A stretch of 64,000 nucleotides of DNA from Octopus vulgaris (GCA_951406725.2 OX597835.1:19158001-19222000); one strand, 5' to 3'. Numbered from the stretch's first letter, positions 26,525-40,086 are shown. Translations and numbers: made by a program. Notes: generated from the letters alone by a model not told the origin.

Positions 26525-26795
26525 TTAAATCGTTTCAGTTTCAAAGCTACGGTCATGCTGGGCACCACCGTTGACTGTGGTACACCGTTACATGAATCCT
26601 CCTCTGATATCTGGCATCTGGAACCCTTGACAAGAGGAAATCAAGTTTTGTTTTGAAGGTACCTGCATCCATATCATGCAAGTCTCTCACACATTTTGGA
26701 AGGATATTGAAGAGCTGTGGGCCCTTAAAACCAAAGCTGTTGGCGTATCTCGTCCTGTATTTTGATGGAGATACTGGGATATTTGGCACTATGCT
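26525..26795 (-). pseudogene. CR1/L2-group LINE ORF2 C-terminus and 3' end
   Basis: NSFGFKGPQLFNILPKCVRDL...FKTKLDFLLSRVPD; the 3' end resembles the SINE-B tail. Confidence 0.8.
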
Positions 26796-26928
26796 ATTGA
26801 GTGGGTCTGGTGTTTGTCATTATATATACAATTACAAACACCAGACCCACTCCTGACCGTAACTTTGAAACTGAACGATTTTTAAAAATATATATAGAAT
26901 CACTAAAATTATTATAGCAGTGACCAGC

Positions 26929-26961
<33 letters not shown>

Positions 26962-26962
<1 letters not shown>

Positions 26963-27097
26963 AATCAACTCACAAGGTTTGCATCGGCTCTAGGCTATAG
27001 GAAAAGACACTTGGTCCAGCTATAATGCAGTGGGAATGAACCTGGTACCATATATTTGGGAAGCAAACCTCTTACCGCATAACATCACTTGTGCCTA
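26962..27097 (-). mobile_element. Old SINE-B head
   Basis: Degenerate caaatc.actcacaagg...aagacacttg...cttacc. Confidence 0.6.
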
Positions 27098-27113
27098 CGG
27101 ATACACACGCACG

Positions 27114-27144
<31 letters not shown>

Positions 27145-28411
27145 ACGCACACGCACACACACACATATATATGCATGTATATCCAACCATAGTCCAAAAT
27201 AATATTAACGAAATATACGTACAAGTATCTATAAATATATTTATCGATCTCTCTATCTATCCATATATCTGTGTGTTTGTGCGTAATCCTATAAATGTAT
27301 ATAAGTACATACATCTATACATGTACTTATATACTTATAAATATGTATATCTGTACATGCTTGTGAGCGTGTGCATGCATTTACATAGAGAGAGAGAGTG
27401 AAACATAGAGAATGTGAAATTGGAAGCGAGATATAATATCTGATATTTGCAAATATATTAATTTGCTTCAGCAAAAGGAAAAATATTACTAACTTCCAAT
27501 ACTTTTCTATTGACCTCTCCTTCAAATGAATCTCGAATTTTTACGTCTTTCATCATAATGTTACAATATGGATTCATTGAAGCATTCTTGTTTCTGTTGC
27601 ATCATACATAAACTAGAAAACAATGTGTATGATAAATCGTATTGTAACCTTCAGCTTCGATAAATAAACACTTATTTTCTATTCTGCGTATATCGTGTAT
27701 TTTCAACTCTACTCAATATCTTTATATATATATTCTTTGCTTTTGTCATTGTTTTCACCAATATTAGAAGAAAGTCTCACAACATTACATTTCAGATTTT
27801 CCTGCATGGAATGAAATTGATGAGGTACTTCAATATCCCAACGGATTTTCACTCAGTAAGTCTTTCTAAGGATTCCTTGAAACAAGAATTGAATCATCAA
27901 TTTTGAAGCTCATTCACTTGAGTGGATATTATGAAGGAAATTATGTTTCACGAACAATTTCATTCAAATGCATTATGGCAACCTAAGCTAAAAGGACCTT
28001 TATAAATACAATAGCTCTTGTTATAAAGCATGATTAGTTGCTGTGGTGTTGTCACCTTTTCAATATTAGTATTGAAAAGATTTGTATTAAAATTCATATT
28101 ATCTTAATCGACAATGATATATTAAGACAGCAAGCAATCCATGTAACATGGCGGTTGAACTCACATGCTAAATGGTGTATAACAGAGAATTAACCGTAGT
28201 AGATGTGTATCTGACTGCTAGAAATAGCAGCTGGTGGATCCATGTAGAAAACGTTGTGGAATCAATAATTGCTATTAAAAAGAATTCCTTTAAAAAAATT
28301 GCTATTAAAAATAGCAGCCAAGTTTCCCCTCAAGCCAATGATTGCATTTCTTTATCAGAAATTACATGGGACATATAATTGTCAAATCTACAATCGAAAA
28401 AATCTGAGGTG

Positions 28412-28657
28412 GCCGGCGTAATGTCGGGCTGGCGTAATGTCGGGCCGGCATAATGGCGGGCCGGCGTAATGGCGGGCCGGCGTAATGTCGGGCCGGCGTA
28501 ATGTCGGGCCGGCGTAATGTCGGGCCGGCATAATGGCGGGCCGGCGTAATGGCGGGCCGGCGTAATGGCGGGCCGGCGTAATGGCGGGCCGGCGTAATGG
28601 CGGGCCGGCGTAATGGCGGGCCGGCGTAATGGCGGGCCGGCGTAATGTCGAGCCGGC
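28412..28657. repeat. GC-rich 16-bp minisatellite (GCCGGCGTAATGKCGG), about 15 copies
   Basis: Seen directly. Confidence 0.95.
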
Positions 28658-29029
28658 AATACAGTAAACAAATACACGCTTTCGACTAGAATTTACATGA
28701 AATAACATGAAATAAAATTTGTTTGCATACATCTTCGAGGGGGTGCTCAACAGTAACTGGCTTTGGTTAAAAGAATATACAAGATAATCAGTTAATTCAA
28801 CATATTCAACTCTCAGATTCACACACATATTGCTGTGGTCCTTCAGTTTTTCTAAGCTCTGTCAAAGAAAACGAAATCGTAAGACTGCAATCAGGCTTTT
28901 CGCGATAACACTAAATTTAGAGTCACTCTACCACCGCCTCATATAAGCATATATATGTATATATATGTATATATATATATATATTAAGTTCAGTATGTGG
29001 CAAAGTAATTTATTTTACTAAGACCTAAT

Positions 29030-29130
<101 letters not shown>

Positions 29131-29149
29131 CATATACATACATATATAT

Positions 29150-29527
29150 ACTCTTACTCTTTTACTCTTTTACTTGTTTCAGTCATTTGACTGCGGCCAT
29201 GCTGGGGCACCGCCTTTAGTCGAGCAAATCGACCCCGGGACTTATTCTTTGTAAGCCCAGTATTTATTCTATCGGTCTCTTTTGCCGAACCGCTAAGTGA
29301 CGGGGACGTAAACACACCAGCATATACAGACAAACACAGACACACACATATATATACATATATATACATATATACGACAGGCTTCTTTCAGTTTCCGTCT
29401 ACCAAATCCACTCACAAGGCATTGGTCGGCCCGGGGCTATAGCAGAAGACACTTGCCCAAGATGCCACGCAGTGGGACTGAACCCGGAACCATGTGGTTG
29501 GTTAGCAAGCTACTTACCACACAGCCA
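29150..29527 (-). mobile_element. SINE-B with an internal deletion
   Basis: Homology to full-length copies. Confidence 0.9.
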
Positions 29528-29580
29528 TATATATACTCATACATATATATATATATACATATATACATATATACATATAC

Positions 29581-29645
<65 letters not shown>

Positions 29646-29674
29646 CATATATATATACACATATATATATATAT

Positions 29675-29730
<56 letters not shown>

Positions 29731-30474
29731 GAGTATGTATGTATATGTGTTTGTGTGCTATATCAGAATGTATATTCTATATGCGATAGAGTATGTATAA
29801 ATTGGAAAAAAAAGGGGAAGAGTTTGTTACGCCCCGAAGGTTTTTTTTTTTTTCTTTCTTTAATACAATGACCATAGTGTATCTTAAGTTGAATTACTAA
29901 CAGCGATACCGGAAATTACTTTCCCTCTGAGCAGTCATTCAATTTCCCCCTGGCAGGTGTTTGTCTTTCAGAACAGTAACGAAGTCACTGGAACGGTTCA
30001 ACTCTCACAAAACCACGCTCATGTAAGAGATCAAACCCTAAATGATATCAGTTAACAGTTTGCTGCATCTACATTGATAGATAAAGTCATAACTTAATCT
30101 CAAACACGACTCAAATCCACGAATTTAGGTAAACGCTTTGAGTAGTTGTTATACTGAATTATATACGGCCAACAGTGTTAATCACTAAGAGGTTATATTT
30201 TTCTCTTTCGTTTGAGAAGAATAGCTATATACATCTGAGGGTTTAATTATTGGACACTTTCAAACAAAAGATGTCGATTCAGGGACATTAAAGACCGATT
30301 CTATACAATCAGGTTTTATCTTATACTAGCAGTATAACACGGCCTTGTCTGGGATTAAGTTACGATTATTAAGCTAATCAACTTCTTTATTTCAAACCAA
30401 ACTAAGTAATATAGACGTCAAATTTGGGCGAAATCCGTTGAAATTATATATATTATATATATATATATATATAT

Positions 30475-30759
30475 ATCAACAATTGAGGGTAAAATTAATT
30501 AATTAATCAATTTCACCAAGTGTTCAGTATGTAAAAGGACCATTTAAGGCGAATTCAAAATATTACATTATATAATTAGGGCTTAGTAAAATAAATTACT
30601 TTGCCACATACTGAACTTAGTAGAAATAGCAGCCCCAAAAAAATGGCAGCCCAAAAAAATAGTAGTAGAAATGCTAAGAAAATTTTTTTTGGCTGCTATT
30701 TCTACTAAGTTCAGTATGTGGCAAAGTAATTTATTTTACTAAGCCCTAATTATATAATG

Positions 30760-30763
<4 letters not shown>
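30475..30763. mobile_element. TA-anchored inverted-repeat module (arms about 30558-30635 and 30690-30763)
   Basis: Inverted arms seen directly; an arm fragment recurs at 28984-29040; no hammerhead core found. Confidence 0.65.
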
Positions 30764-30828
<65 letters not shown>

Positions 30829-31340
30829 GATATAAATATATATGGGCAACAAGCAAGAACACGCATACACACATGTACGTACGTACACATATTGCATGTT
30901 TTGTGCACGCATACATGTTCATAAACAGAAGTGAATGAAAAAATGTAGTTAAATTTGTAGATTAACACTCGCACAATTTTCACTAAGAAAAAAATAGTTT
31001 TTTTTTGCATAGAATCAACTACTCTGGCCTCAAAACCCTTTTTGTGGTCCGTGAAACGGAGTGAGGTGTGGTGGAAGCCTTGCAAATTGTAATTCACTGA
31101 CAAATTGTTACTCACTTCTTTGTTTCTTTTTTTGTTAAATAAATGGATTGTCAACAAAACACTTTTTTACTCGGCGTAAAATAAAAACAAAACACTTTCG
31201 CACCCAAAGTAATTTGTGAGAGAGAGAGAGAAGGGGGATATTCTCTGATTTTTGTAGTACAGAGTCTGTTCGTTTCTTGGCGTGCTTCCATTTCTCCAGC
31301 TGTGTCTCTTTCTCTAGACAGATATATTATTTTAGCTCAC

Positions 31341-31381
31341 CTTGATATTGTAGACAAAGTTGACACTTTCCTTCGAGGCAT
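31341..31381 (-). CDS. Candidate first coding exon (MPRRKVSTLSTIS..) of an unidentified minus-strand gene
   Basis: accATG context, 41-nt open frame ending AG|GTGAGC (strong donor), inside a repeat-free ~0.9-kb island; no homology recognised. Confidence 0.3.
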
Positions 31382-32583
31382 GGTTATATACGTATAAAGA
31401 AATACACGAATGTAGAAGATAGTAAACAATGGAAATAACTTGGTAACGAAAATTATGTTTCTTAATACGACAGGCAGAAATTAAATAAAAAATTTTAACG
31501 GAAAATAAAGTATTGTACGGGTTGAAGCGAGCCAAATGTGTCACTCGGTGAACCAAAGTGCGAGTATCGAAGGGGGCAGAAAAACCGCCAACAACAGAAA
31601 AGCACAAAACCGTACGAATTGAAGTGTAATTTATGAAGATACATCTGTCAGTAAATTATTAAATTACTTAGATCAATAATTGTGAATTTCTTTCTGTCAG
31701 TAATTTGTCTTTGTTTGTTTGTAAATAGTGATTGAAAACTTAAACTTACAGTGAAAACAATAACGATTAACGTTAATGTGAAAAACCTATGTCGTCTGAA
31801 AATTGAAAGTGAAAACAATACAGAGTGAGATAGCTAACAAGAGAGAAGGGGAGTGAGTGCTACCTAGTTAAACATGCAAATAAAAAGAAATATAGATAGA
31901 TAGCTATAGATAGATAAGATATAGACAGATAGATACAGATAGATTGAGAAATAGAGAAGAGATGGATAGAGAGATATAGATAGAGAGATATGTTACAGAG
32001 ATATAGAGATAGATAGAGAGACATGGATAGAGAGATACATATGGAGAGAAATACGTTACCTCATTGAAGCTATAAAAACCGCAATTTAATATTTTTAAAA
32101 CTTTCAAAGACGTGAAACTAAATAAGAAGCAATATTTTTTATTGTTAATAACAAAAATCAAATGAAGGACATCTTATATGTCCGAGGTCAAATTATTCAC
32201 GCATCACAAGTCTGGAAGCAATTGGTGAAGTCGCTTTCACGTGAAAAGTGAATACACACACACACATCTCTATTTTATATATTATTGGATATATATATCC
32301 ATCTATCCATCTATCTATATATCTATCTAACAGTACACTCATACATACACACCCACACACATGCATATATGTATATATATATATATATATATCACTATGG
32401 GCTCCGTGTGAGCAGTCATCTAAAAGTTTTTTGTGCATCTTGATGTTGACATAAGTTCCTTGCTTTTCCTGATGAGAAAGCGGCATAATATACTCCTTAT
32501 TCCTTCGCAATTAGGAATAAGCAGCCTTCGAAGCATATGGCGAAAATAAAGGAATTTTGTTAATTCGTCGTTCAACTACATTC

Positions 32584-32662
<79 letters not shown>

Positions 32663-32666
32663 TATC

Positions 32667-33002
32667 AGATGTGAGCCATTTCTGTCATGGATGTCCATGG
32701 GATTGCACCTAGAAACTTACCCTCCGAGGCACAAATTCGGGTACCGTTGTTTATGGAACACCTGCAGTCACCCATGCATACCAGCCTCTCCTCTCAATGC
32801 CACCAATGTTATCCAAGTGAGAGACAAAGACCCGTACAGCTTCACACCAGTGATGTCGCAACTCATTTCTACAGCTGAGTGAACTGGAGCAACGTGAACT
32901 AAAGTATCTTGTTCAAGAACACAAACACGCAGCCCAGTCCGAGATTGAACTCACAACCTCGCGATCGTGAGCTCGACACTCTAAACACTGAGCCACGTGA
33001 CC
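32667..33002 (-). mobile_element. tRNA-derived SINE related to family D (CORE-like), different tail
   Basis: Minus strand gtggctcagtg..tagag...gagttcaatc...tgtgttcttgaacaagatacttt...gttgctccagttcactcagctg. Confidence 0.75.
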
Positions 33003-33669
33003 CGAATAATATATGCTGACTGTTGCTGAATACTGTTAATAGTATAAATGTTATCACAAACCTAATGTAATTCTATAGTTGAATCGACAGTAGCTGGGGA
33101 TGATTTGTCTTGGATGTATCCGTTTTTATACGTATGGTGTTAGAAAAACAAATACAACTCCAAGCAATTTTATAGCAAATATAAGACATGTAGTATTGAT
33201 AATAGACAAAGAATAGAGCTGCTCTTCAGATAAACTGAATATTTCACATATGTAATGTGATTACCTATGAGCAGATACATTTAACACCATATATACTTCA
33301 ATACGGGGTGGTTTCCTTTCGTATAGTTTTGAAGTATAGTATGTTTCTTTAAAAAAAAAAAATGTCTTTTAAAGGTAATTTTCCTTGATGTAAACACCGC
33401 AGTTCCTCTCCTCTTAAAAACACATTGACATTAGGTGTGTGAAATTGAATATGATTGTATCAGGAACTGCTTCTGACATACGTTGAATATATCCTACTTG
33501 TGCAGCGCTGTTACAAACAGAATACTTATAAAAGCATAGCTCTTGCGATATTGATTGCTTTGTGAAAGTGAGGCAAGTACACGGCGCTTTTAGCTGAAGA
33601 GTCTTTCGAAATAGCGATACCCGCCGAAGTTGCTTCCCTTCAGGGGCTATTTCACTTCGCCTAGGTTTC

Positions 33670-33705
<36 letters not shown>

Positions 33706-33726
33706 ACACATATATATATATATATA

Positions 33727-33774
33727 AACTCAGAGTAACAGCTTTTTGTTAAATTTCTGGTGCTTTAAAATAAA

Positions 33775-33814
<40 letters not shown>

Positions 33815-34085
33815 TTTATTTTAAAGCACCAGAAATTTAACAAAAAGCTGTTACTCGGAGTTTCACGTCCCCGTTCGTAGGACAGTTTTGCTAAAATAGA
33901 ACCGAGATGACAATTCTGTCAAGACTAGTATAAACGTTACACCTTTAAAAATGGATTTGTTTGATTGGTCCTTTCAAATAACGGTCATATGCGAGTGATA
34001 AAGAAAAATAAACAAAAAGAAACAAAACAAAGTATTTGAGTACTCTTTTTTCCACTTTGTTTCACATTTATGTGTTTACTCCGGT
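33727..34085. mobile_element. Family H2 fragments: inverted arms around (TA)n, a degenerate hammerhead (about 33848-33885, minus) and a 3' piece
   Basis: Minus strand CUGU-CCUACGA-ACG-GGGA-CGU-GAAAC-UCCGA-GUA-ACAG; 34031-34085 matches 19898-19950. Confidence 0.7.
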
Positions 34086-34339
34086 ATATATATATATATA
34101 TATATATAATAATTATATATATATATGCATGTCGCAGGTGAGCGTGTTTGGATAGAACTAAGTATATATGCATTCATAAAAGAAGAGTTTTATAGAAAGA
34201 TACAGGTACGTTCATTCTATTATTCATAGTTTCTGGAAAACGTGGGTACAGCCATTATACTCTCTTACGGTAACATATTTAGAGGGAGGTATAAACTCAA
34301 ATTGATGGAAAATTGCGATGGCATTATGAACTGGCATTC

Positions 34340-34610
34340 AGTTGGTTATGACGATGAGTGCTCCTGAGGAGGAGATAAACAGAACAACCTGCTCCTCAAA
34401 CATTCATCTTCAGGAAGGTGGTTCTCAACAAGATTCAGTGTGAATGATAGAAATGTAGTTGTTTGAATAACAGGTGCAAGTCATTTTTCCAACTGAGCGG
34501 ATGGGGCAACGTGGAATAAAGTATTTTACTTAAGGAAAATCGCGCCACTAGTAGACGAACTCTGAACCTTCGATCCCGAAAACCCTCACTGCTAAGCGAT
34601 GAGACTTCAT
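34340..34610 (-). mobile_element. Old SINE (A-type tail, D-type middle)
   Basis: ggttatgacgatgag...aacaacctgctc; aactgagcggatggggcaacgtg. Confidence 0.5.
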
Positions 34611-34958
34611 TCAAAATAGCACCTACACAGGTAACGTGTCTTTGATGGAGGGAGTGAGCACAATCTATCATCTACGTGGTTGTTCATAAAGAAATTGCAG
34701 AGACCTCATAGGTCTTCAATGTACAGGAGAGTCCAGAACGATAATGTAGCTGATGAAGATAGTGAACTTACATCTGAATATATATCTATAGCATGTAAAA
34801 GATCGGAAAATTTCGATTATCACCACGTTGTGATGTAAATAATATATATATATATATCAAGTAAAGGAAGGAAAATGGGGGATTTTGAAAGAAAACCCCT
34901 ATACACAACTTGGTCTTAGGTCTTCATAAAAAAAAGTACGAAATTACAATAATTTCAA

Positions 34959-34991
34959 TGTCATGATTAGCGAAAGCGAAACCGGTGGACA
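34959..34991 (+). ncRNA. Degenerate minimal hammerhead
   Basis: UGUC-AUGAUUA-GC-GAAA-GC-GAAAC-CG-GUG-GACA; stems intact, core and cleavage triplet mutated. Confidence 0.45.
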
Positions 34992-35145
34992 ATCATAATA
35001 CTCTTCCAGTTATAAAGTATATTGAAAAATATATCAAAAGTATGTAAACTGTCTGCATTTACTTCTTTTAATTGATATATATACATACATATTTAGACAC
35101 ACACACACACTCATATATATATATATATATATAAAAGTATTTTTG

Positions 35146-35178
<33 letters not shown>

Positions 35179-35198
35179 GTATGTATATGTATATGTGC

Positions 35199-35229
<31 letters not shown>

Positions 35230-35289
35230 AATATATATATATATATAGGTTTGTGTGTGTGTGTGTATGTATGTATATACCGTGGCACA

Positions 35290-35520
35290 CCGGTGGTTAC
35301 GACGACGAGGCATCCCTGTGGAGCGAAAAAAGGAACAGCCTGCTCCTGATATTAGCGTGCAAGTAGCTGTGTACTCCACAGGCACGTATGCCCATAACGT
35401 AGTTCTCGTGGAGGTTTAGGTGTTTTTGCTGAAAAAAAACACTCACTCAGTCTGGGAATCGAAACTGCGATCCTACGACCGTAAGTCCGCTACCCCAAAC
35501 ACTGGGCCATAGCGTCACCA
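35290..35520 (-). mobile_element. Diverged SINE-A with an internal deletion
   Basis: ggttacgacgacgagg...gggaatcgaaac...cactgggccat. Confidence 0.8.
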
Positions 35521-35554
35521 CACACACACATATATATGTATATTGATACATATA

Positions 35555-35900
35555 TTACTCTTTTACTCTTTTACTCTTTTACTTGTTTCAGTCATTTGAC
35601 TGTGGCCATGCTGGAGCACCGCCTTTAGTCGAGCAAATCGACTCCGGGACTTATTCTTTGTAAGCCCAGTACTTATTCTATCGGTCTCTTTTGCCGAACC
35701 GCTAACTGACGGCGACGTAAACACACCAGCATCGGTTGTCAAGCAATGCTAGGGGGACAAACACAGACACACAAACACACACACATACACACACATATAT
35801 ATATATACATATATACGACAGGCTTCTTTCAGTTTCCGTCTACCAAATCCACTCACAAGGCATTGGTCGGCGCTACTTACCACACAGCCACTCCTGCGCC
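35555..35900 (-). mobile_element. SINE-B with an internal deletion
   Basis: Homology to full-length copies. Confidence 0.9.
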
Positions 35901-36356
35901 TATATATATATATATATCTATATATATATGCATCAATGATTGATTGACTACATGTACGTATTTAACGCAATGCGTATGTTTTTGCCGTTTCTAATTCTGA
36001 GAATAACGTGATATGTTTTATGTCAGCGAGTGCGTGATCTTTTGTTACCGATTTGTAAAAGTTACGCTAATATTTTCATTGTTGGGTCTATATTTGTATG
36101 AGAAACTTTCATGCAGCTCTGTTTTTCATCACTGCTCTACATTCGACTCTGCTACAAATCTGACTCGCTTTGGAATGATTGATGAATGTCCTTTATACAC
36201 ATGAATATATATGAACACACACACACACACTCTCACACACGCACACATACCCACATATTTATATATTTGTAAGTACATCTATACATATACATATATAAAT
36301 ATATAAAGATAATATATATATATGATATAGATATATAATCATATATATTAATATAC

Positions 36357-36387
<31 letters not shown>

Positions 36388-36568
36388 TATATGTATGTAT
36401 GTATGGTTATATATATAAATATCTAGGTATGTATGTCTATATATATGATATATATATATATCTATGTATGTATGTCTAGATAAATATAAATATATATACG
36501 TATATATGTGTGTATATATATGTATACTATATATATATATATATGGGTATAAATATATATATATGTAT

Positions 36569-36614
<46 letters not shown>

Positions 36615-36991
36615 GTATATGTATATATATATATATGTACATATATATAATTTATACGCGCACACATGTGTATATTGCTATTGGGCTTTACTTTAACACG
36701 TTGTGTTGGCAGCAGGCAAATATATGGAAGGCAAAGGAGCACAATTATATTTGTTTTCCTCACGCCGTTACTTCCTTCCCGTTTGTAGATGCTTCATCAT
36801 GTAAATTACATCGGTAATATATTTTAATTATATTTAGCTTCAAAATTTGACACTTCTATTTTTAACAAACCTTATACATATAAGTATTTATACGCGTTTA
36901 GGTTTTCTCGTACTTTTGTGCGTGTATTTCTCTCGCTGTTTCCTTGTTCTTCTCTCTCTCTCTCAGACACAATCTCTTCTCTCACTCTTCC

Positions 36992-37380
<389 letters not shown>

Positions 37381-37756
37381 TCTACTTACATGCATGACAA
37401 CCATCCTCCCTATCAAACTATCTCTTAAATTCATACGTGTACTGTATATATAATTACGTGTATATATGAATATGCTGTTATATAAATATGTACATATATA
37501 TTTATAATATATACATGCATATATACATATAAATATATATATATATACATATACGTATGTATATTTATATATATGTATGTATGTTTACATAGACATTACC
37601 TACATGTGCCTCTGTGTGTACGTGCGGATGCATATATACTTTGAAACATGTATATGTATATATATATATGTATGTATACATATATGTGTGTATATATATA
37701 TATATATATAAATATATATATATATATTGATAAAAATATACTCGAAATAAAACGCT

Positions 37757-37801
<45 letters not shown>

Positions 37802-38109
37802 ACACACTCACACACACATTATATATAATTCATTTACTTATATACCATGCGTATCTGGTTTAGACAACCACCCGTTTGGGTTTTCTGAAGATAAGTGAGA
37901 AATAAATCTAATATAAATCTTCGTTGTTAAGACGAAATTATTGTGTAGACGTGATCTCAGTGGTAGGGTTATGTGTTCGGCTAATGATTGGTTTACAGTC
38001 TTTATGTGTCGGTTCGAGTGACATCGCGAGGGCATCATTTCAAGTTCAATCTGACCTTTCTCAGAAAATGTTAAAGCGAACATTATGGTGCTGGTTTGTG
38101 GTGTCTGTT

Positions 38110-38184
38110 GTCTTAGTGGTGGTGGTGGCGGTTGAGATGAGGACGATGATGATGATGGTAATGTTGTTGATGATGATGGCAGTG

Positions 38185-38230
<46 letters not shown>

Positions 38231-38665
38231 GTAGTAGTAGTAGTAGTAGTAGTTGTAGTAGTAGTAGTAGTAGTAGTAGTATTAATATTATCATCATCAT
38301 CATCACTGTGATGATTACGCCAATGATGATGATGGCATGTTAATGACGATGATGTTGCTGACGATAATGATGTAGATAATGATGATGATGATGAAGACGA
38401 TGATGATGGTGATGTTCAAGACTACGACGACAACGATGATGATGATAATGATGATGACGATTAAGACGTCAACGATGATCATGCCGACGACGACGATGTT
38501 CATGATGATTATGATGATAATGATGATGATGATGGTGGTGGTGTTAGTGAGGAGAGGAGGCTTGGTGAGGATGTTGACGAAGGGTGATAATGATGAAGGT
38601 TGTGGTGGTGGTGATAGCAATGTTTATTTTGATGCTGGCGGTAAAATTCAGGACAAAATTGATGT

Positions 38666-38700
<35 letters not shown>

Positions 38701-38914
38701 GTGATGAACGCGGTGAAAGTGATGACACTAATGATCGTAAAGGATCATCTGGACGTTGTTTTTAGGCGCTGCGATATCCAAATGCCACCAAATCTTTCCA
38801 AAACTTCACACACATTTACATCATTTATTTTCATTTATCATTATTTATTTTGCACTAAATCTTCCGAACGATGCATCGTCATCGTCATCGTCATCATCAT
38901 CATCATCATCATCG

Positions 38915-38959
<45 letters not shown>

Positions 38960-39345
38960 CCATCATCATTATCATCACCTCCATCATCATGGTCAAAATC
39001 ATCATTATCATCATCATCATCATCATCATCATCGTTGTCGTCGTCGTCATCGTCGTCGTCGTCGTCGTCGTTGTCTTCGTCGTCATCGTCATCATCATCA
39101 TCATATTCATCATCAGCGTCGTCGTCGTCGTTATCATCATCAATCATCGCTAGTACAACCACCACCTCTACCACCCTCTCCATTATCATCACCATCATGA
39201 TCATCTTCGCCATCATCCATCATCGCCCGTACAACCACCACCACCATTACCACCACCGTCATCATCATCAGCATCATCATCACTATCATTGCCATAAATT
39301 ATCACAATCACCATCGTTATTATCACCACCATCATCAACATTCCT
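38110..39345. repeat. Trinucleotide mosaic: (GAT/ATT/AGT/GGT)n, then (ATC/GTC/ACC)n
   Basis: Seen directly; produces poly-M/D/S/H/I ORFs in all frames. Confidence 0.93.
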
Positions 39346-39841
39346 AATCGTTCCTATCATTATTATTCTGATGACCAGCGTTTTTCATCGAATTCTTATA
39401 ATTGTTGGTGTCATCATTGTGTTGTTCGTGTTTCCTTTTAATTTCATTAGTTTTTGTTGGGCGACTTTTGACAGAAGATTTAGAACTCCAGGAAAAAATA
39501 CCTGGCGTTATAAATTCCAATAATTCCTCATCTGAGTTCAAATATCAGATGGATCAAATTACATTTCATTTCTAAAGGGCCATTTGCCAATGTTAACGAT
39601 TACACAAGTCTCTTCGAAACCACTGGTATGGAGCTTAAATTCGAAAACTTTTTGCTTAGCTTACCTTTTATATCTAGATTTGGTTTACATCCAGTATTCT
39701 CTTTGGCACACAAAGAAAACCAAAATTGTTAATAAATTGTTGTACATGCAATAAACGCGAAGATCTCTGCACTTCTGAGCTTCTAAATATATCTACGAAT
39801 GACATTAAGAATGTTAAACTTAAACGTTTAATGATATCAAT

Positions 39842-40005
39842 AGGCGCACGTGTTGCTCTGTGGTAAGAAGTTAACTTCCAAAACACATAGTTGCGAGCTT
39901 AGTCCCACTGCGCAGCATCTAGGGCATGTGTCTATAACTGTTATCGAGGGCCACCTAAAGCCTTCTGAGTGGATTTAGTAGACAGAAACTGAAAGAAACA
40001 CGTTG
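39842..40005 (+). mobile_element. Diverged SINE-B 5' half
   Basis: ggcgcac...tgtggtaagaag...agtcccactgcg...gagtggattt.gtagac.gaaactgaaagaa. Confidence 0.75.
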
Positions 40006-40009
40006 TATG

Positions 40010-40086
<77 letters not shown>

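Noticed and set aside
28330-28828. PARHYAGP repeat-protein ORFs, or a CRISPR-like array
   Set aside because: The 16-bp unit is not a multiple of 3 and is contiguous with no spacers; it is a minisatellite
38379-39523. Poly-Ser/Asp/His/Met ORFs
   Set aside because: Trinucleotide microsatellite with open frames on both strands; no domain or splice support
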